A stretch of 64,000 nt of DNA from an uncultured Bacteroidales bacterium (GTDB lineage: Bacteria > Bacteroidota > Bacteroidia > Bacteroidales > UBA10428): positions 1,774,219 through 1,838,218 of the forward strand of contig CAWAHF010000004.1 of the NCBI GenBank assembly GCA_963781805.1. The letters are read 5' to 3'. Shown here in pieces: positions 40,246 through 50,952 of this stretch. How positions within the stretch are numbered: the stretch's first letter is position 1; each line of letters opens with the position of its first letter. A program made the translations under genes and the position numbers. The notes under the pieces were generated by a model, which was not told where the DNA came from, searched no databases, and worked only from the letters and a program-made list of their open reading frames with translations.

Positions 40246-40394
40246 GTCACCCTGAACTCCTGCCTGGCTGGCCTCGGCAGACAGGTGATTCAGGGTCTTT
40301 GGAAAATTAAGGAGATTAGCTTCGCGCTGAGCCTTTCAGGGTTCCGAATTACCTACCCGCCGCTTAAGCTTTGTCAGGCGGGAGTCCGGAATGA
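40246..40394. repeat. Convergent pair of REP-like palindromes, each with a nested hairpin insert
   Basis: GTCACCCTGAACT[27 bp]TGATTCAGGGTCT and TTCCGAATT[ACCTACCCGCC...GGCGGG]AGTCCGGAATGA. Confidence 0.65.
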
Positions 40395-40465
40395 ATTAAC
40401 CGTTTTTTAATACATGCCATAACACTAGTTCATTTTGATTTCAACATCAGTAAAAAATTTAAAAA

Positions 40466-40933
40466 ATGGCTAAAATAAGCGCTGGTATATTGGTCTACCG
40501 AAAAAAAGATAAAGAGTACGAAGTCCTGCTGGTTCATCCGGGGGGACCCTTTTGGGCAAAAAAAGAATTAAATGCCTGGTCGGTTCCAAAAGGTGAAGTG
40601 GAAGAACAGGAAGAAATCTTTAAGGCTGCATTACGCGAGTTTAAAGAAGAGACCGGATTCGAAGCTGTAGGTGAGTTTATAGCACTCACTCCGGTAAAAC
40701 AACCCAGCGGGAAGATGATTTATGCCTGGGCGGTGGAATCTGATTTTGAAGCAGAGAAAATCGTCAGCAATGAGTTTGAAATGGAATGGCCTCCAACATC
40801 GGGAAAATACAAAAGATTTCCGGAAATTGACCGTGCGGGATGGTTCACATTTGCCGTTGCACGTAATAAAATTGTGAAAGGCCAGATACCTATCCTTGAA
40901 GAGCTGGCAGAAAAACTTTGTAAAAGAATGTAA
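40466..40933 (+). CDS. NUDIX hydrolase
   Basis: HPGGPFW, Nudix box PKGEVEEQEEIFKAALREFKEETG. Confidence 0.9.
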   Translation: MAKISAGILVYRKKDKEYEVLLVHPGGPFWAKKELNAWSVPKGEVEEQEEIFKAALREFKEETGFEAVGEFIALTPVKQPSGKMIYAWAVESDFEAEKIVSNEFEMEWPPTSGKYKRFPEIDRAGWFTFAVARNKIVKGQIPILEELAEKLCKRM

Positions 40934-41006
40934 TGCTTTGAATGATATTTAACCGTCGTAACTTATAAAAAGGTACATGAATACTGTCGTCAAAAGTCAA
41001 AAACCA

Positions 41007-43157
41007 TCAGGCCGGTGATTCTATATTTTTCAATAAGACCAGTGACCGGGGCTCCATTTTATAAGCATCCCTGATCTTTCTTCCGCTCCCGGTAACTTCA
41101 TTCGTAAAGGTATCTATCAGCAGGCTCCACTCATTGTTTAAATCTTCATTAGGCAGTGCAAATGAAATAGGTTCCCAGTAGCTGTTAACTATTATGAGTA
41201 AGGTATCATGTTTTATCAGCTCACCATATTTATTTACTTCCGAAATCAGGGTCCCGTTCAGCAACATTCCCATGCATCTTATAAAGCTGGTATCCCACTC
41301 TTCTTCTGTCATATCTGTACCATCTGTATTCAGCCACCGGATATCCCGTATTTCTTTTCCATAAATTTTACGGCCTTTGAAATAACGTCGTCGATGCATC
41401 ACCGGTTGAATTTTACGAATATTAATTATCTTACATGTAAATTCGAATAGTTCTTTCTGCTTTTCATCCCAGTCCCAATTCATCCAGGTAAGTGGATTAT
41501 CCTGACAATATGCATTGTTATTCCCCAACTGGGTACGGCCATATTCATCTCCATGACTGATCATGGGCACACCCTGGCTTACCATGAGGGTTGCCAGAAA
41601 ATTCCGTTTACGCCGTTCACGAATTGCAATGATCTTTTCATCTGCCGTTGGCCCTTCAACTCCTGTATTCCAACTTAGATTGTGGTCTTCTCCATCGTTG
41701 TTTTCCTCTACATTGGCTTCATTATGCTTTTTATTATAGCTTACCAAATCATGAAGAGTAAATCCATCATGACAAGTGCAAAAGTTAATACTGGCCGAAG
41801 GCAGTTTCCCATTATCCTCATATAAATCGCTGCTTCCGCTCAACCTGTAGGCAAGTTCTTTTACCTGACTTTCATCGCCGCGCCAGAATTTCCTTACCGA
41901 ATCACGGTATTTGCCATTCCATTCTGCCCATAATACCGGGAAACCTCCCACCTGGTATCCTCCTTCTCCCAAATCCCAGGGTTCGGCAATTAGTTTGCAT
42001 TGGGAAATAACCGGATCCTGGTGAATAGTATCGAGAAAAGTTGATAACATGCCCACCTCATATAAACCACGGGCCAGCGCTGACGCCAGATCAAAGCGAA
42101 ATCCATCCACATGCATATCGTTCGCCCAGTATCTCAGGCTGTCCATAACCAGTTGCAAGGTACGTGAACTAAGCATGTTCATGGTATTGCCCGTTCCGGT
42201 GTAATCGGTATATAACCGTTTATCTTCTTTATTAAGACGGTAATAATTAAAATTATCAATTCCTCTGAAGCTTAAGGTAGGACCAAGATGATCGCCTTCG
42301 CAGGTGTGATTGTAAACCACATCCAGGATAACCTCAATTCCTGCCTTATGAAAAGCCTTCACCATTTCTTTAAATTCTCCAACCTGTTCTCCATGGGTTC
42401 CCGAAGCGCTGTATTCGGCATGAGGCGCAAAAAATCCAACGGAATTATATCCCCAGTAATTAGTTAGTCCTTTATCGAGTAAGAATTTGTCGTGCACAAA
42501 ATGATGTACCGGCATGAGTTCCACTGCCGTTATGCCAAGTTGTTTGAAATAATCGATAATTACAGGAGAGGACAGTGCCTTAAAGGTTCCTCTTTCATTC
42601 TCAGGAGTTTGTGGATGTTGTGCCGTAAAACCTTTCACATGCAACTCATAGATTATGGTATTGTGCATGTCGGTATTTGGCTTCTTATCATCCTCCCAGT
42701 CAAAATGTGTATCAATAACCACACATTTCTTCACCACATCTGCGCTGTTTCGTATATCCTTTTTTAAATCGAAATTTTTCATAATCGATTCTATCGGGTA
42801 TCCGAACATTTTTTTTGATATTTCCATCCGTCCTGCGATGGCTTTGGCATAGGGATCTATCAATAATTTATGCGGATTGAAACGGTATCCTTTTCCGGGC
42901 ATATACCGGCCATAGACACGATAACCGTATAACTGACCGGGTTTAATATCGGGCAGGTATATGTGCCAGATATGATCCGTCACTTCGGTCAGATTAATTT
43001 GTGTATATTCTTCAGTCTCGTCTGGTGAATGAAATAAACATAACTTGACCGCAGTGGCATATTCACTGAACAGGGTAAAATTTACTCCCTGCCCGTCGTA
43101 ATTAGCTCCCAGTGGATAAGGTACTCCCGGCCAAATCCGTCCTTTGTAATTTTCCAT
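41007..43157 (-). CDS. glgX: Glycogen debranching enzyme/isoamylase
   Basis: NYWGYNS, DVVYNHT, GFRFDLAS, AEPWD, HDGFTL. Confidence 0.95.
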   Translation of the reverse strand: MENYKGRIWPGVPYPLGANYDGQGVNFTLFSEYATAVKLCLFHSPDETEEYTQINLTEVTDHIWHIYLPDIKPGQLYGYRVYGRYMPGKGYRFNPHKLLIDPYAKAIAGRMEISKKMFGYPIESIMKNFDLKKDIRNSADVVKKCVVIDTHFDWEDDKKPNTDMHNTIIYELHVKGFTAQHPQTPENERGTFKALSSPVIIDYFKQLGITAVELMPVHHFVHDKFLLDKGLTNYWGYNSVGFFAPHAEYSASGTHGEQVGEFKEMVKAFHKAGIEVILDVVYNHTCEGDHLGPTLSFRGIDNFNYYRLNKEDKRLYTDYTGTGNTMNMLSSRTLQLVMDSLRYWANDMHVDGFRFDLASALARGLYEVGMLSTFLDTIHQDPVISQCKLIAEPWDLGEGGYQVGGFPVLWAEWNGKYRDSVRKFWRGDESQVKELAYRLSGSSDLYEDNGKLPSASINFCTCHDGFTLHDLVSYNKKHNEANVEENNDGEDHNLSWNTGVEGPTADEKIIAIRERRKRNFLATLMVSQGVPMISHGDEYGRTQLGNNNAYCQDNPLTWMNWDWDEKQKELFEFTCKIINIRKIQPVMHRRRYFKGRKIYGKEIRDIRWLNTDGTDMTEEEWDTSFIRCMGMLLNGTLISEVNKYGELIKHDTLLIIVNSYWEPISFALPNEDLNNEWSLLIDTFTNEVTGSGRKIRDAYKMEPRSLVLLKNIESPA

Positions 43158-43725
43158 AATCTTTTTTCCACGTTATTAAGTTGCCGATTGAAATTGCAAT
43201 CATAAACACTCTGTATTAAAAATCCTGCTAATAATAACTTCGCTTTTATTCTATTTAAATGTTTAAATACGATCAGATCATTACCCAACAACTAAAATTA
43301 TTTTTTTTATTACTTATGGTTATCATCTGTTGTGCCAATAATATCACCTCTCTTTGGTTATAAACAAAAATAAGATAACTAAATAAAAGAGTTGTGATCT
43401 TTTTAACAGAATATAATAAATAACCCTTTACACTAAGGATATGTTCCCGTATTGTGAGATGTTTTTTTTATGAAAAAGCTGAAAAAGCAATGATATAAGA
43501 TTGTAAATTGCTGATACTTAAAATATTTTTTGAAGATGGTTCAACCTAATTATGCTATATTCTTGTTGTAATACATGATACCGAACAATAATAAAAAGAA
43601 AATCTATTTTCATTCGGAACATTGAACGTTTATAGAAATAATTCATTATTGTTAATTTTGAAAGTTTATTAGCATTAGGAAAATCAACTAAATGAACCAT
43701 CATATAGTGACTAACCAAATCACAC

Positions 43726-45573
43726 ATGATAAATTCTGATTTTTTAAGAAATTTAGGAGCCTCGGTAAACAAGGACAGGACTTGTGATTTTAGCTTATGG
43801 GCACCCTTTGCAAAACAGATTTGGCTTTGCCTCTTGCATCCGCATCAGAAAAAAATTGAAATGCATCAAGACATAAAGGGATACTGGCACTTAAAACTGG
43901 AAAATTGTATCGCCGGAACACATTATTTATATCAATTGGATGATAAGTTTCCCCTGCCCGATCCAGCATCACTATGTCAACCACTTGGTGTTCATGGACC
44001 CTCTGAAGTTATCGACCTTGAAAAATTTAAGTGGACCGATGGTGATTGGCAAAATATTCCGCTCGAACAAATGATATTTTATGAACTTCATACAGGGACA
44101 TTTACCGAAGAAGGAAATTTCGATGGAATAATTCGTAAGCTTGATTATTTGCTTGATCTGGGAATAAATACCATTCAGTTAATGCCGGCTGGCCAGTTTC
44201 CGGGTGCAAGAAACTGGGGATATGACGGTGTTTATCCCTATGCCGTTCAGCAATCTTATGGCGGTCATGAAAGCCTGATGAATCTGGTGAATACATGTCA
44301 TCAAAAAGGCATAGCAGTATTTCTGGATGTGATATATAATCACCTAGGTCCGGAAGGAAATTACCTCCATGAATATGGGCCATACTTCACAGAACGATAT
44401 AAAACCCCCTGGGGAAAAGCAATTAACTATGACGACAAATATTGCAATGGTGTACGAAATTATGTTATTCAAAATGCGCTCATGTGGCTTAGGACTTTTC
44501 ACTTAGACGGATTGCGTCTGGATGCAGTGCATGCGATTTATGATTTTGGCGCCAAACATATCATGCAGGAACTGGCTGATCAGGTAAGCCTGCTAAACCA
44601 TCAAACCGGGAAAAAGCATTACCTCATTGCCGAATCGGCGCTGAATGACAGCAGGTATATAAATCCGCCTGAAATAGGAGGTTACGGGCTTGACGCCCAA
44701 TGGAACGATGATTTTCATCATAGCATGCATGCGCTGGTAACCGGAGAGCAAAATGGATACTATATCGATTATTCGAATCCCTTCATGCTGTTAAAAGCTT
44801 TTACTAACGGTTATGCGTATGAAGGTGAGTATTCTGAATTCAGAAAACGAAATTTTGGGAACAGCAGTCAACCAAATGAGGGAAATCAGTTTATAGTATT
44901 CTCTCAAAACCACGATATGGTGGGAAACAGAAAATTTGGTGAACGGTTTAGTGCTCTGGTGAGCTTCGAAATGCTGAAAGTAATAGCAGGAGCAGTTTTT
45001 GTCAGCCCGTTCCTTCCCATGCTGTTTATGGGGGAGGAGTATGGTGAAAAAAATCCGTTTCTTTATTTTGTTAACCATAGTAATGAAGTGCTGAATAAAC
45101 TTGTGCGTCGCGGAAGACTAAATGACTTTAAATCATTTTACCCGGGAGATAATAAGCCTGCACCCGATCCGGCAGATGTGAATACGTTCACCCGAAGCAA
45201 ACTCTCCTCAAATCCTTTAACCAACAAAGAGTCCAAAGCGCTATTTAATTATTACAAAACACTTATCCACTTGAAAAAGACACATCCGGTGTTACGTCGG
45301 GCCGATAAAAAACAGATTAAGGTTACTCTGGAAAACAAGATTTTTACCATCGAACGCTGGAACGCAGAATCACAAATTATTTGTTGGCTGAACTTTAGCA
45401 ATAAGTCTGTTAAAATGAGCCTGCCTGAAACTATTGACGGAAAAACTGCAAAATTAATCCTTTGCTCCTCCGATAAAAGTTGGAATGGTGTGGGACAAGA
45501 GGTCCCAATGAACATAACCGGCAGGGAAAACGTTAACCTAATGAAGGAATCGATGCTCCTTTATTCAATTTAA
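43726..45573 (+). CDS. treZ: Malto-oligosyltrehalose trehalohydrolase
   Basis: RNWGYDGV, NHLGPEGNY, LRLDAVHAI, QWNDDFHH, QNHDMVGNR. Confidence 0.92.
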   Translation: MINSDFLRNLGASVNKDRTCDFSLWAPFAKQIWLCLLHPHQKKIEMHQDIKGYWHLKLENCIAGTHYLYQLDDKFPLPDPASLCQPLGVHGPSEVIDLEKFKWTDGDWQNIPLEQMIFYELHTGTFTEEGNFDGIIRKLDYLLDLGINTIQLMPAGQFPGARNWGYDGVYPYAVQQSYGGHESLMNLVNTCHQKGIAVFLDVIYNHLGPEGNYLHEYGPYFTERYKTPWGKAINYDDKYCNGVRNYVIQNALMWLRTFHLDGLRLDAVHAIYDFGAKHIMQELADQVSLLNHQTGKKHYLIAESALNDSRYINPPEIGGYGLDAQWNDDFHHSMHALVTGEQNGYYIDYSNPFMLLKAFTNGYAYEGEYSEFRKRNFGNSSQPNEGNQFIVFSQNHDMVGNRKFGERFSALVSFEMLKVIAGAVFVSPFLPMLFMGEEYGEKNPFLYFVNHSNEVLNKLVRRGRLNDFKSFYPGDNKPAPDPADVNTFTRSKLSSNPLTNKESKALFNYYKTLIHLKKTHPVLRRADKKQIKVTLENKIFTIERWNAESQIICWLNFSNKSVKMSLPETIDGKTAKLILCSSDKSWNGVGQEVPMNITGRENVNLMKESMLLYSI

Positions 45574-45586
45574 AATCAATATTTTT

Positions 45587-47578
45587 ATGGATGGAAGAAA
45601 ACGTGTGATCATCGAAAATGTAAAGCCTCAGATTAATCATGGGCTATATCCCTTAAAACGGATTGTAAAAGACAAAGTAAATGTTAGTGCAGATATTTTC
45701 TGCGACGGGCATGATTCCATCCGGGCCGAACTGCTTTACAGGCATGCTAAGGAAAAAAACTGGCATATTAATGAACTAACACAAAAGCCAAACGATTCCT
45801 GGTCAGGATATTTTTTAACCGATAATCCCGGAGAATATATTTACACTTTACAGGGTTGGGTTGACAGAGCCAGTACATGGTTTTATGATATCATGAAAAA
45901 AATTCAGGTAGAAGTAGAAATCAAAAGCGATATTGAGGAAGGCATCGATATCATACAATCCATCTTTACAACCTATAAATCGTTGGAACAACGCGATACA
46001 ACCTATTTAAAACAAGTATCTGAATTGTTTTCTTCAAATCAAAGTCTTGAAGAAAAAACAGAACCAATTATAAATAATAAATTATTTGGTGTTTTGTTAA
46101 GATATCCACTCAGAAATTATATTACCACTTTTGAACCTGAACTAAAGGTAATTGCAGAACGCCCAAAGGCCAGATTCAGTACCTGGTATGAATTTTTTCC
46201 ACGGTCGCTTATTGGTGAGGTTAAAAATCACGGTACGTTCAAAGACTGTATCAGTCGCCTGGAATATATTGCAGATATGGGATTTGATATTGTTTACCTG
46301 CCCCCAATACATCCAATCGGAGAAACCAAGAAAAAAGGCAAGAATAACACTCCGGAAGCCATGACTGGAGATCCCGGTTCACCCTGGGCAATTGGCTCTA
46401 AAGACGGCGGACATAAAGCTGTTCATAAAAAACTGGGGACACTCGATGATTTCAAGGAGTTGGTGTTGAAGGCTAAAGAATATAATATAGAAATTGCACT
46501 GGATATTGCTCTGCAATGTTCACCCGACCATCCTTACCTGAAAGAGCATCCGAAATGGTTCAGGCACAGATCCGACGGAACCATACAATATGCCGAAAAT
46601 CCCCCAAAGAAATATGAGGATATATACCCGTTTGATTTTGAGAGCGATGACTGGGAAGCTCTCTGGAATGAACTGAAAAGTATTTTTACTTTCTGGATAG
46701 AACAGGGAGTAAAAATATTCCGGGTAGATAATCCGCATACAAAGTCCATAAGATTTTGGGGCTGGCTCATCACAGAAGTTCAAAAGGAACATCCTGATGT
46801 GATTTTTCTGGCTGAAGCCTTTACCAGGCCAAAAGTAATGTATCAGCTTGCGAAACAGGGTTTCACACAATCATATACCTATTTCACCTGGCGCAATACA
46901 AAACGTGAACTGATTACCTATTTTGAAGAACTCACCCATTCCGATATAATTGAGTACTTTCGACCGAATCTTTGGCCAAATACACCGGACATACTTCCGG
47001 AGTTCCTTCAGGTATCCGGCAAACCGGGATTTATTATCCGCAGCATATTGGCAGCTACATTAAGCGCATCTTACGGAATATACGGCCCGGCTTTCGAATT
47101 AATGGAAAATATACCCAATAATTATGGGAGTGAAGAATATCTGAATTCTGAAAAATATGAAATTAAAGACTGGGATATTCATGCAAAAAACAGTCTCAAA
47201 CCCTTGTTAAAAAGAGTGAACAGAATCAGGCATGATAATCCCGCCCTTCACAACAACCGATCGCTTCGCTTTTACGAAACAGAAAATGAAAACCTGTTGG
47301 CTTATAGTAAATCTACTGAAGACTTTTCAAATATCATACTCGTGGTAGTGAATCTGGATCCCTACCACACACATTCAGGATGGATACATTTTCCCGTGGC
47401 TGATTTTGATGTGCAAGAACATGAATCCTACCAGGCACATGATCTGTTGGGGGGATCATTTTATTTGTGGAACGGAATTGTAAATTTTGTAGAATTAAAT
47501 CCCGGAGTTTCACCTGCGCATATTTTCAGTATACGCCGTAAAGTGCGAACTGAGCGTGATTTTGACTATTTCTTGTAA
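45587..47578 (+). CDS. glgE: Alpha-1,4-glucan:maltose-1-phosphate maltosyltransferase
   Basis: WYEFFPRS, GSPWAIG, ENPPKKYEDIYP, FRVDNPHTK, LAEAFT, NTPDIL. Confidence 0.95.
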   Translation: MDGRKRVIIENVKPQINHGLYPLKRIVKDKVNVSADIFCDGHDSIRAELLYRHAKEKNWHINELTQKPNDSWSGYFLTDNPGEYIYTLQGWVDRASTWFYDIMKKIQVEVEIKSDIEEGIDIIQSIFTTYKSLEQRDTTYLKQVSELFSSNQSLEEKTEPIINNKLFGVLLRYPLRNYITTFEPELKVIAERPKARFSTWYEFFPRSLIGEVKNHGTFKDCISRLEYIADMGFDIVYLPPIHPIGETKKKGKNNTPEAMTGDPGSPWAIGSKDGGHKAVHKKLGTLDDFKELVLKAKEYNIEIALDIALQCSPDHPYLKEHPKWFRHRSDGTIQYAENPPKKYEDIYPFDFESDDWEALWNELKSIFTFWIEQGVKIFRVDNPHTKSIRFWGWLITEVQKEHPDVIFLAEAFTRPKVMYQLAKQGFTQSYTYFTWRNTKRELITYFEELTHSDIIEYFRPNLWPNTPDILPEFLQVSGKPGFIIRSILAATLSASYGIYGPAFELMENIPNNYGSEEYLNSEKYEIKDWDIHAKNSLKPLLKRVNRIRHDNPALHNNRSLRFYETENENLLAYSKSTEDFSNIILVVVNLDPYHTHSGWIHFPVADFDVQEHESYQAHDLLGGSFYLWNGIVNFVELNPGVSPAHIFSIRRKVRTERDFDYFL

Positions 47579-47589
47579 TACCTCCTGTT

Positions 47590-50500
47590 ATGAAAACGAA
47601 GAGAAAACAAAATACATGGTATAAGGATGCCATCATTTATCAGCTTCATGTTCAGTCGTTTTTCGATAGTAATAACGATGGTACCGGGGATTTTCCCGGC
47701 CTGATACAAAAGCTGGATTATCTTGGTTCGCTTGGAATTAATACGTTGTGGCTCCTACCATTTTATCCTTCGCCGCTTAAAGACGGAGGTTATGATATCT
47801 CGGATTTTGCTTCCATTCATCCCGCTTATGGCAAGCTCAGCGAATTCAAAAAGTTTATTCGTGAAGCGCATAAAAGAGATATTCGTATCATCACGGAACT
47901 GGTTCTGAATCACACTTCTTCGCAGCACAGCTGGTTTCAGAGAGCGAGAAAATCAAAACCGGGAAGCAATTACAGGAATTATTATGTTTGGAATGACTCA
48001 CCTGACAGGTATCCTGACGCAAGGATTATTTTTCAGGATTTTGAGATTTCAAACTGGTCATGGGATACTGAAGCCAAGGCTTATTACTGGCACAGGTTTT
48101 ATTCACATCAACCCGATTTGAATTTCGACAATCCTGCCGTAACAAAAGAAGTTTTCAAACTGATTGATTTTTGGTTTAATATCGGTGTTGACGGATTACG
48201 CCTGGATGCTGTTCCATACCTATTTGAACGGGATGGGACAAATTGTGAAAACCTGCCAGAAACACATACGTTTCTAAAAAAACTCAGAGCTTATATTGAT
48301 GAAAATTTCGATGATAAAATGTTACTGGCAGAAGCCAATCAGTGGCCTGAAGATGCCAGACAGTATTTTGGCAACGGAGACGAATGTCAGATGGCGTTTC
48401 ATTTTCCACTGATGCCCAGGTTATATATGGCCATGAAGATGGAAGATCGTTTCCCGGTAGTAGATATTCTCGAACAAACCCCGGAAATACCTGAAAACTG
48501 TCAGTGGGCCATTTTTCTTCGAAACCACGACGAACTCACCCTCGAAATGGTATCGGATGAGGAGCGTGATTATATGTACAAGAGTTTTACCAAAGAACCT
48601 AAGCAAAGAATAAACCTGGGTATCAGACGACGTCTGGCCCCTCTGATGGATAATGACAGACGGCGGATTGAAATGATGAATATTCTGTTATTTTCGTTGC
48701 CGGGAACCCCTATCATTTATTATGGCGACGAGATTGGCATGGGCGATAATTATTATCTGGGCGACAGGTATGGTGTAAGGACTCCTATGCAATGGACCTC
48801 CGACAAAAATGCAGGATTTTCACATTGTAATCCTCAGCAACTGTTTTTACCCGTTATTCTTGACTATGAATATAATTATGAAGCAATAAATGTTGAAAGT
48901 CAGGAACGCAATTATGCTTCCCTGCTTTGGTGGATGAGACGAGTCATTGCTACCAGGAAAAATCACAAAGCTTTTAGCCGGGGAACTATTCGATTTATAA
49001 ATTCCAACAATCCGAAAATTCTTTCGTTCATCCGCGAATACGAAGATGAAGCCATCCTTGTCATCATCAATTTGTCACGATATTCTCAGGCCGTTGAACT
49101 TGAACTGGAGGAATATGCAGGATATACACCCATTGAGGTTTTCAGCCAGAATCATTTTCCGATAATAGGTAAAAATCCTACAACATTTACATTGCAATAC
49201 CGGGATCATTTCTGGCTTGAACTTACAAAGGTGGAACAAGCCGAATACTTTCAGGGGAACAAATCCCAATATATGAAATTTTCCAGAAAAGAATGGAATT
49301 CGCTGGGTACAGAGTTAACCGTAAAAATAAGGAAGTATTTCATCGAATACATGTTGCATAGCCGATGGTTCAGAGGTAAAGCCAGAAAGATTAAAGGCTT
49401 AACCCTGCTTGATGTATTTATTCTAACTAAGGAAAACTTTAATACATATTTGTTCTTTGCACAGATGGACTATGTTGACAGTCAGTCAGAAAATTATGTG
49501 CTTGCTGGTAAACTGGCTTTCAATAAAGAGGCTCACGACATTCAGAAATCATATCCGCAGGCTGTGATTGCAATGGTTGAAGCAGAGGATCGGAAAGGTA
49601 TTTTCTATGATGCAGCATTTAGTGAATCGTTTCAGCAATTGGCACTGCAGTTAATCTTTGCCCGCGGTAAAATAAAGGGTCAACATGGAGAATTAACTGG
49701 CTCTCCGGGAAAATATCTGCGTAAAAATCTCCAAAAAACAGAAATGCCATTAACTTCAAACCTTCTGGGAGTTGAACAATCAAATTCCTCCATCCTCTAT
49801 AACCAGCGTTTCTTTCTTAAATTTTACCGCAGTCCCGATGAAGGTAGTAATCCGGAACTGGAGATTATTCAAAACCTTACCGAGAAAACATCCTTCGAAA
49901 ACCTGCCACCTTATGCAGGTACGTTGATATATAATCGCAATCCGTCCGAAAGTTATTCCCTGGGTATTCTTACCGGATTTATTCCCAATGAAGGCAATGC
50001 ATGGGAGCTTACCGAAAGATTTAACGAACAATATTTTGAGAACATACTTATCCACAGACAGCAATTCAGCGAACCGCCGGGTTATATTCCCGGAATGATG
50101 GAGGATTATGAGCCCGATGACTCAAAATTGTTAAAAGACCTCGCCGGCTATTTCTTTGTGGAAATGATAGAAAAGCTTGGACAAAGAACTGCGCAAATGC
50201 ATAAGGGACTTGCTTCAATAACAAGTGACGATTTATTCAAACCAGAGAACTTTTCATTATTGTATCAAAAGTCAATTAACCAGAGTTTCAGAACCCTGAT
50301 TAAGAAGACGAATGCGGAATTTCGAATAAACTTTAAGCAACTTAAGGGGCAGACAAAAGAATTGTGTACTAAGGTATTAAGTAACGAAGATATGTTGCTC
50401 GCAGTAATTAAAAATCTTCTCGAGTCAGAAAAAATAAGATCACAGAAGATACGGGTTCATGGCGATTATCATTTGGGACAGGTATTATTTACCGGTAAAG

Positions 50501-50931
50501 ATTTTATTATTATTGACTTTGAAGGAGAACCCGCGCGTTCCCTGAGTGCACGTAAACTTAAATATTGTCCGTTTAAAGATGTGGCGGGAATGTTACGATC
50601 ATTTCATTATGCCATCTATATGGCCTATTTCAAGATGAAAACCAGGGAATCGGAAATCACCTCTATTCTCGAACCATGGATTGAGCATTGGTATCATTTA
50701 ACATGTTATCATTTTCTTAAGTCCTATCTGGAAGAAGCAGGAAATGCGCCTTTTATTCCTGAAAAAGAATCACAAATTGAAAGTTTACTAAATCTGTTTC
50801 TGATTGAAAAATCAATTTATGAAACAAGCTACGAAATAAACAACCGGCCTGACTGGTTGATTGTGCCTCTCAACGGACTTGATAAAATAATTGATAACCT
50901 GGCCGCCACTGCAAAAATAGTTGAGGAATAA
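47590..50931 (+). CDS. treS: Trehalose synthase fused to maltokinase (TreS-Mak)
   Basis: GH13 motifs LDAVPYL, LAEANQW, LRNHDELTLE; C-terminal kinase EQSNSS, RVHGDYHLGQVL, IIDFEGEP. Confidence 0.93.
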   Translation: MKTKRKQNTWYKDAIIYQLHVQSFFDSNNDGTGDFPGLIQKLDYLGSLGINTLWLLPFYPSPLKDGGYDISDFASIHPAYGKLSEFKKFIREAHKRDIRIITELVLNHTSSQHSWFQRARKSKPGSNYRNYYVWNDSPDRYPDARIIFQDFEISNWSWDTEAKAYYWHRFYSHQPDLNFDNPAVTKEVFKLIDFWFNIGVDGLRLDAVPYLFERDGTNCENLPETHTFLKKLRAYIDENFDDKMLLAEANQWPEDARQYFGNGDECQMAFHFPLMPRLYMAMKMEDRFPVVDILEQTPEIPENCQWAIFLRNHDELTLEMVSDEERDYMYKSFTKEPKQRINLGIRRRLAPLMDNDRRRIEMMNILLFSLPGTPIIYYGDEIGMGDNYYLGDRYGVRTPMQWTSDKNAGFSHCNPQQLFLPVILDYEYNYEAINVESQERNYASLLWWMRRVIATRKNHKAFSRGTIRFINSNNPKILSFIREYEDEAILVIINLSRYSQAVELELEEYAGYTPIEVFSQNHFPIIGKNPTTFTLQYRDHFWLELTKVEQAEYFQGNKSQYMKFSRKEWNSLGTELTVKIRKYFIEYMLHSRWFRGKARKIKGLTLLDVFILTKENFNTYLFFAQMDYVDSQSENYVLAGKLAFNKEAHDIQKSYPQAVIAMVEAEDRKGIFYDAAFSESFQQLALQLIFARGKIKGQHGELTGSPGKYLRKNLQKTEMPLTSNLLGVEQSNSSILYNQRFFLKFYRSPDEGSNPELEIIQNLTEKTSFENLPPYAGTLIYNRNPSESYSLGILTGFIPNEGNAWELTERFNEQYFENILIHRQQFSEPPGYIPGMMEDYEPDDSKLLKDLAGYFFVEMIEKLGQRTAQMHKGLASITSDDLFKPENFSLLYQKSINQSFRTLIKKTNAEFRINFKQLKGQTKELCTKVLSNEDMLLAVIKNLLESEKIRSQKIRVHGDYHLGQVLFTGKDFIIIDFEGEPARSLSARKLKYCPFKDVAGMLRSFHYAIYMAYFKMKTRESEITSILEPWIEHWYHLTCYHFLKSYLEEAGNAPFIPEKESQIESLLNLFLIEKSIYETSYEINNRPDWLIVPLNGLDKIIDNLAATAKIVEE

Positions 50932-50952
50932 AATTAAGGAAAAGGGAATATT

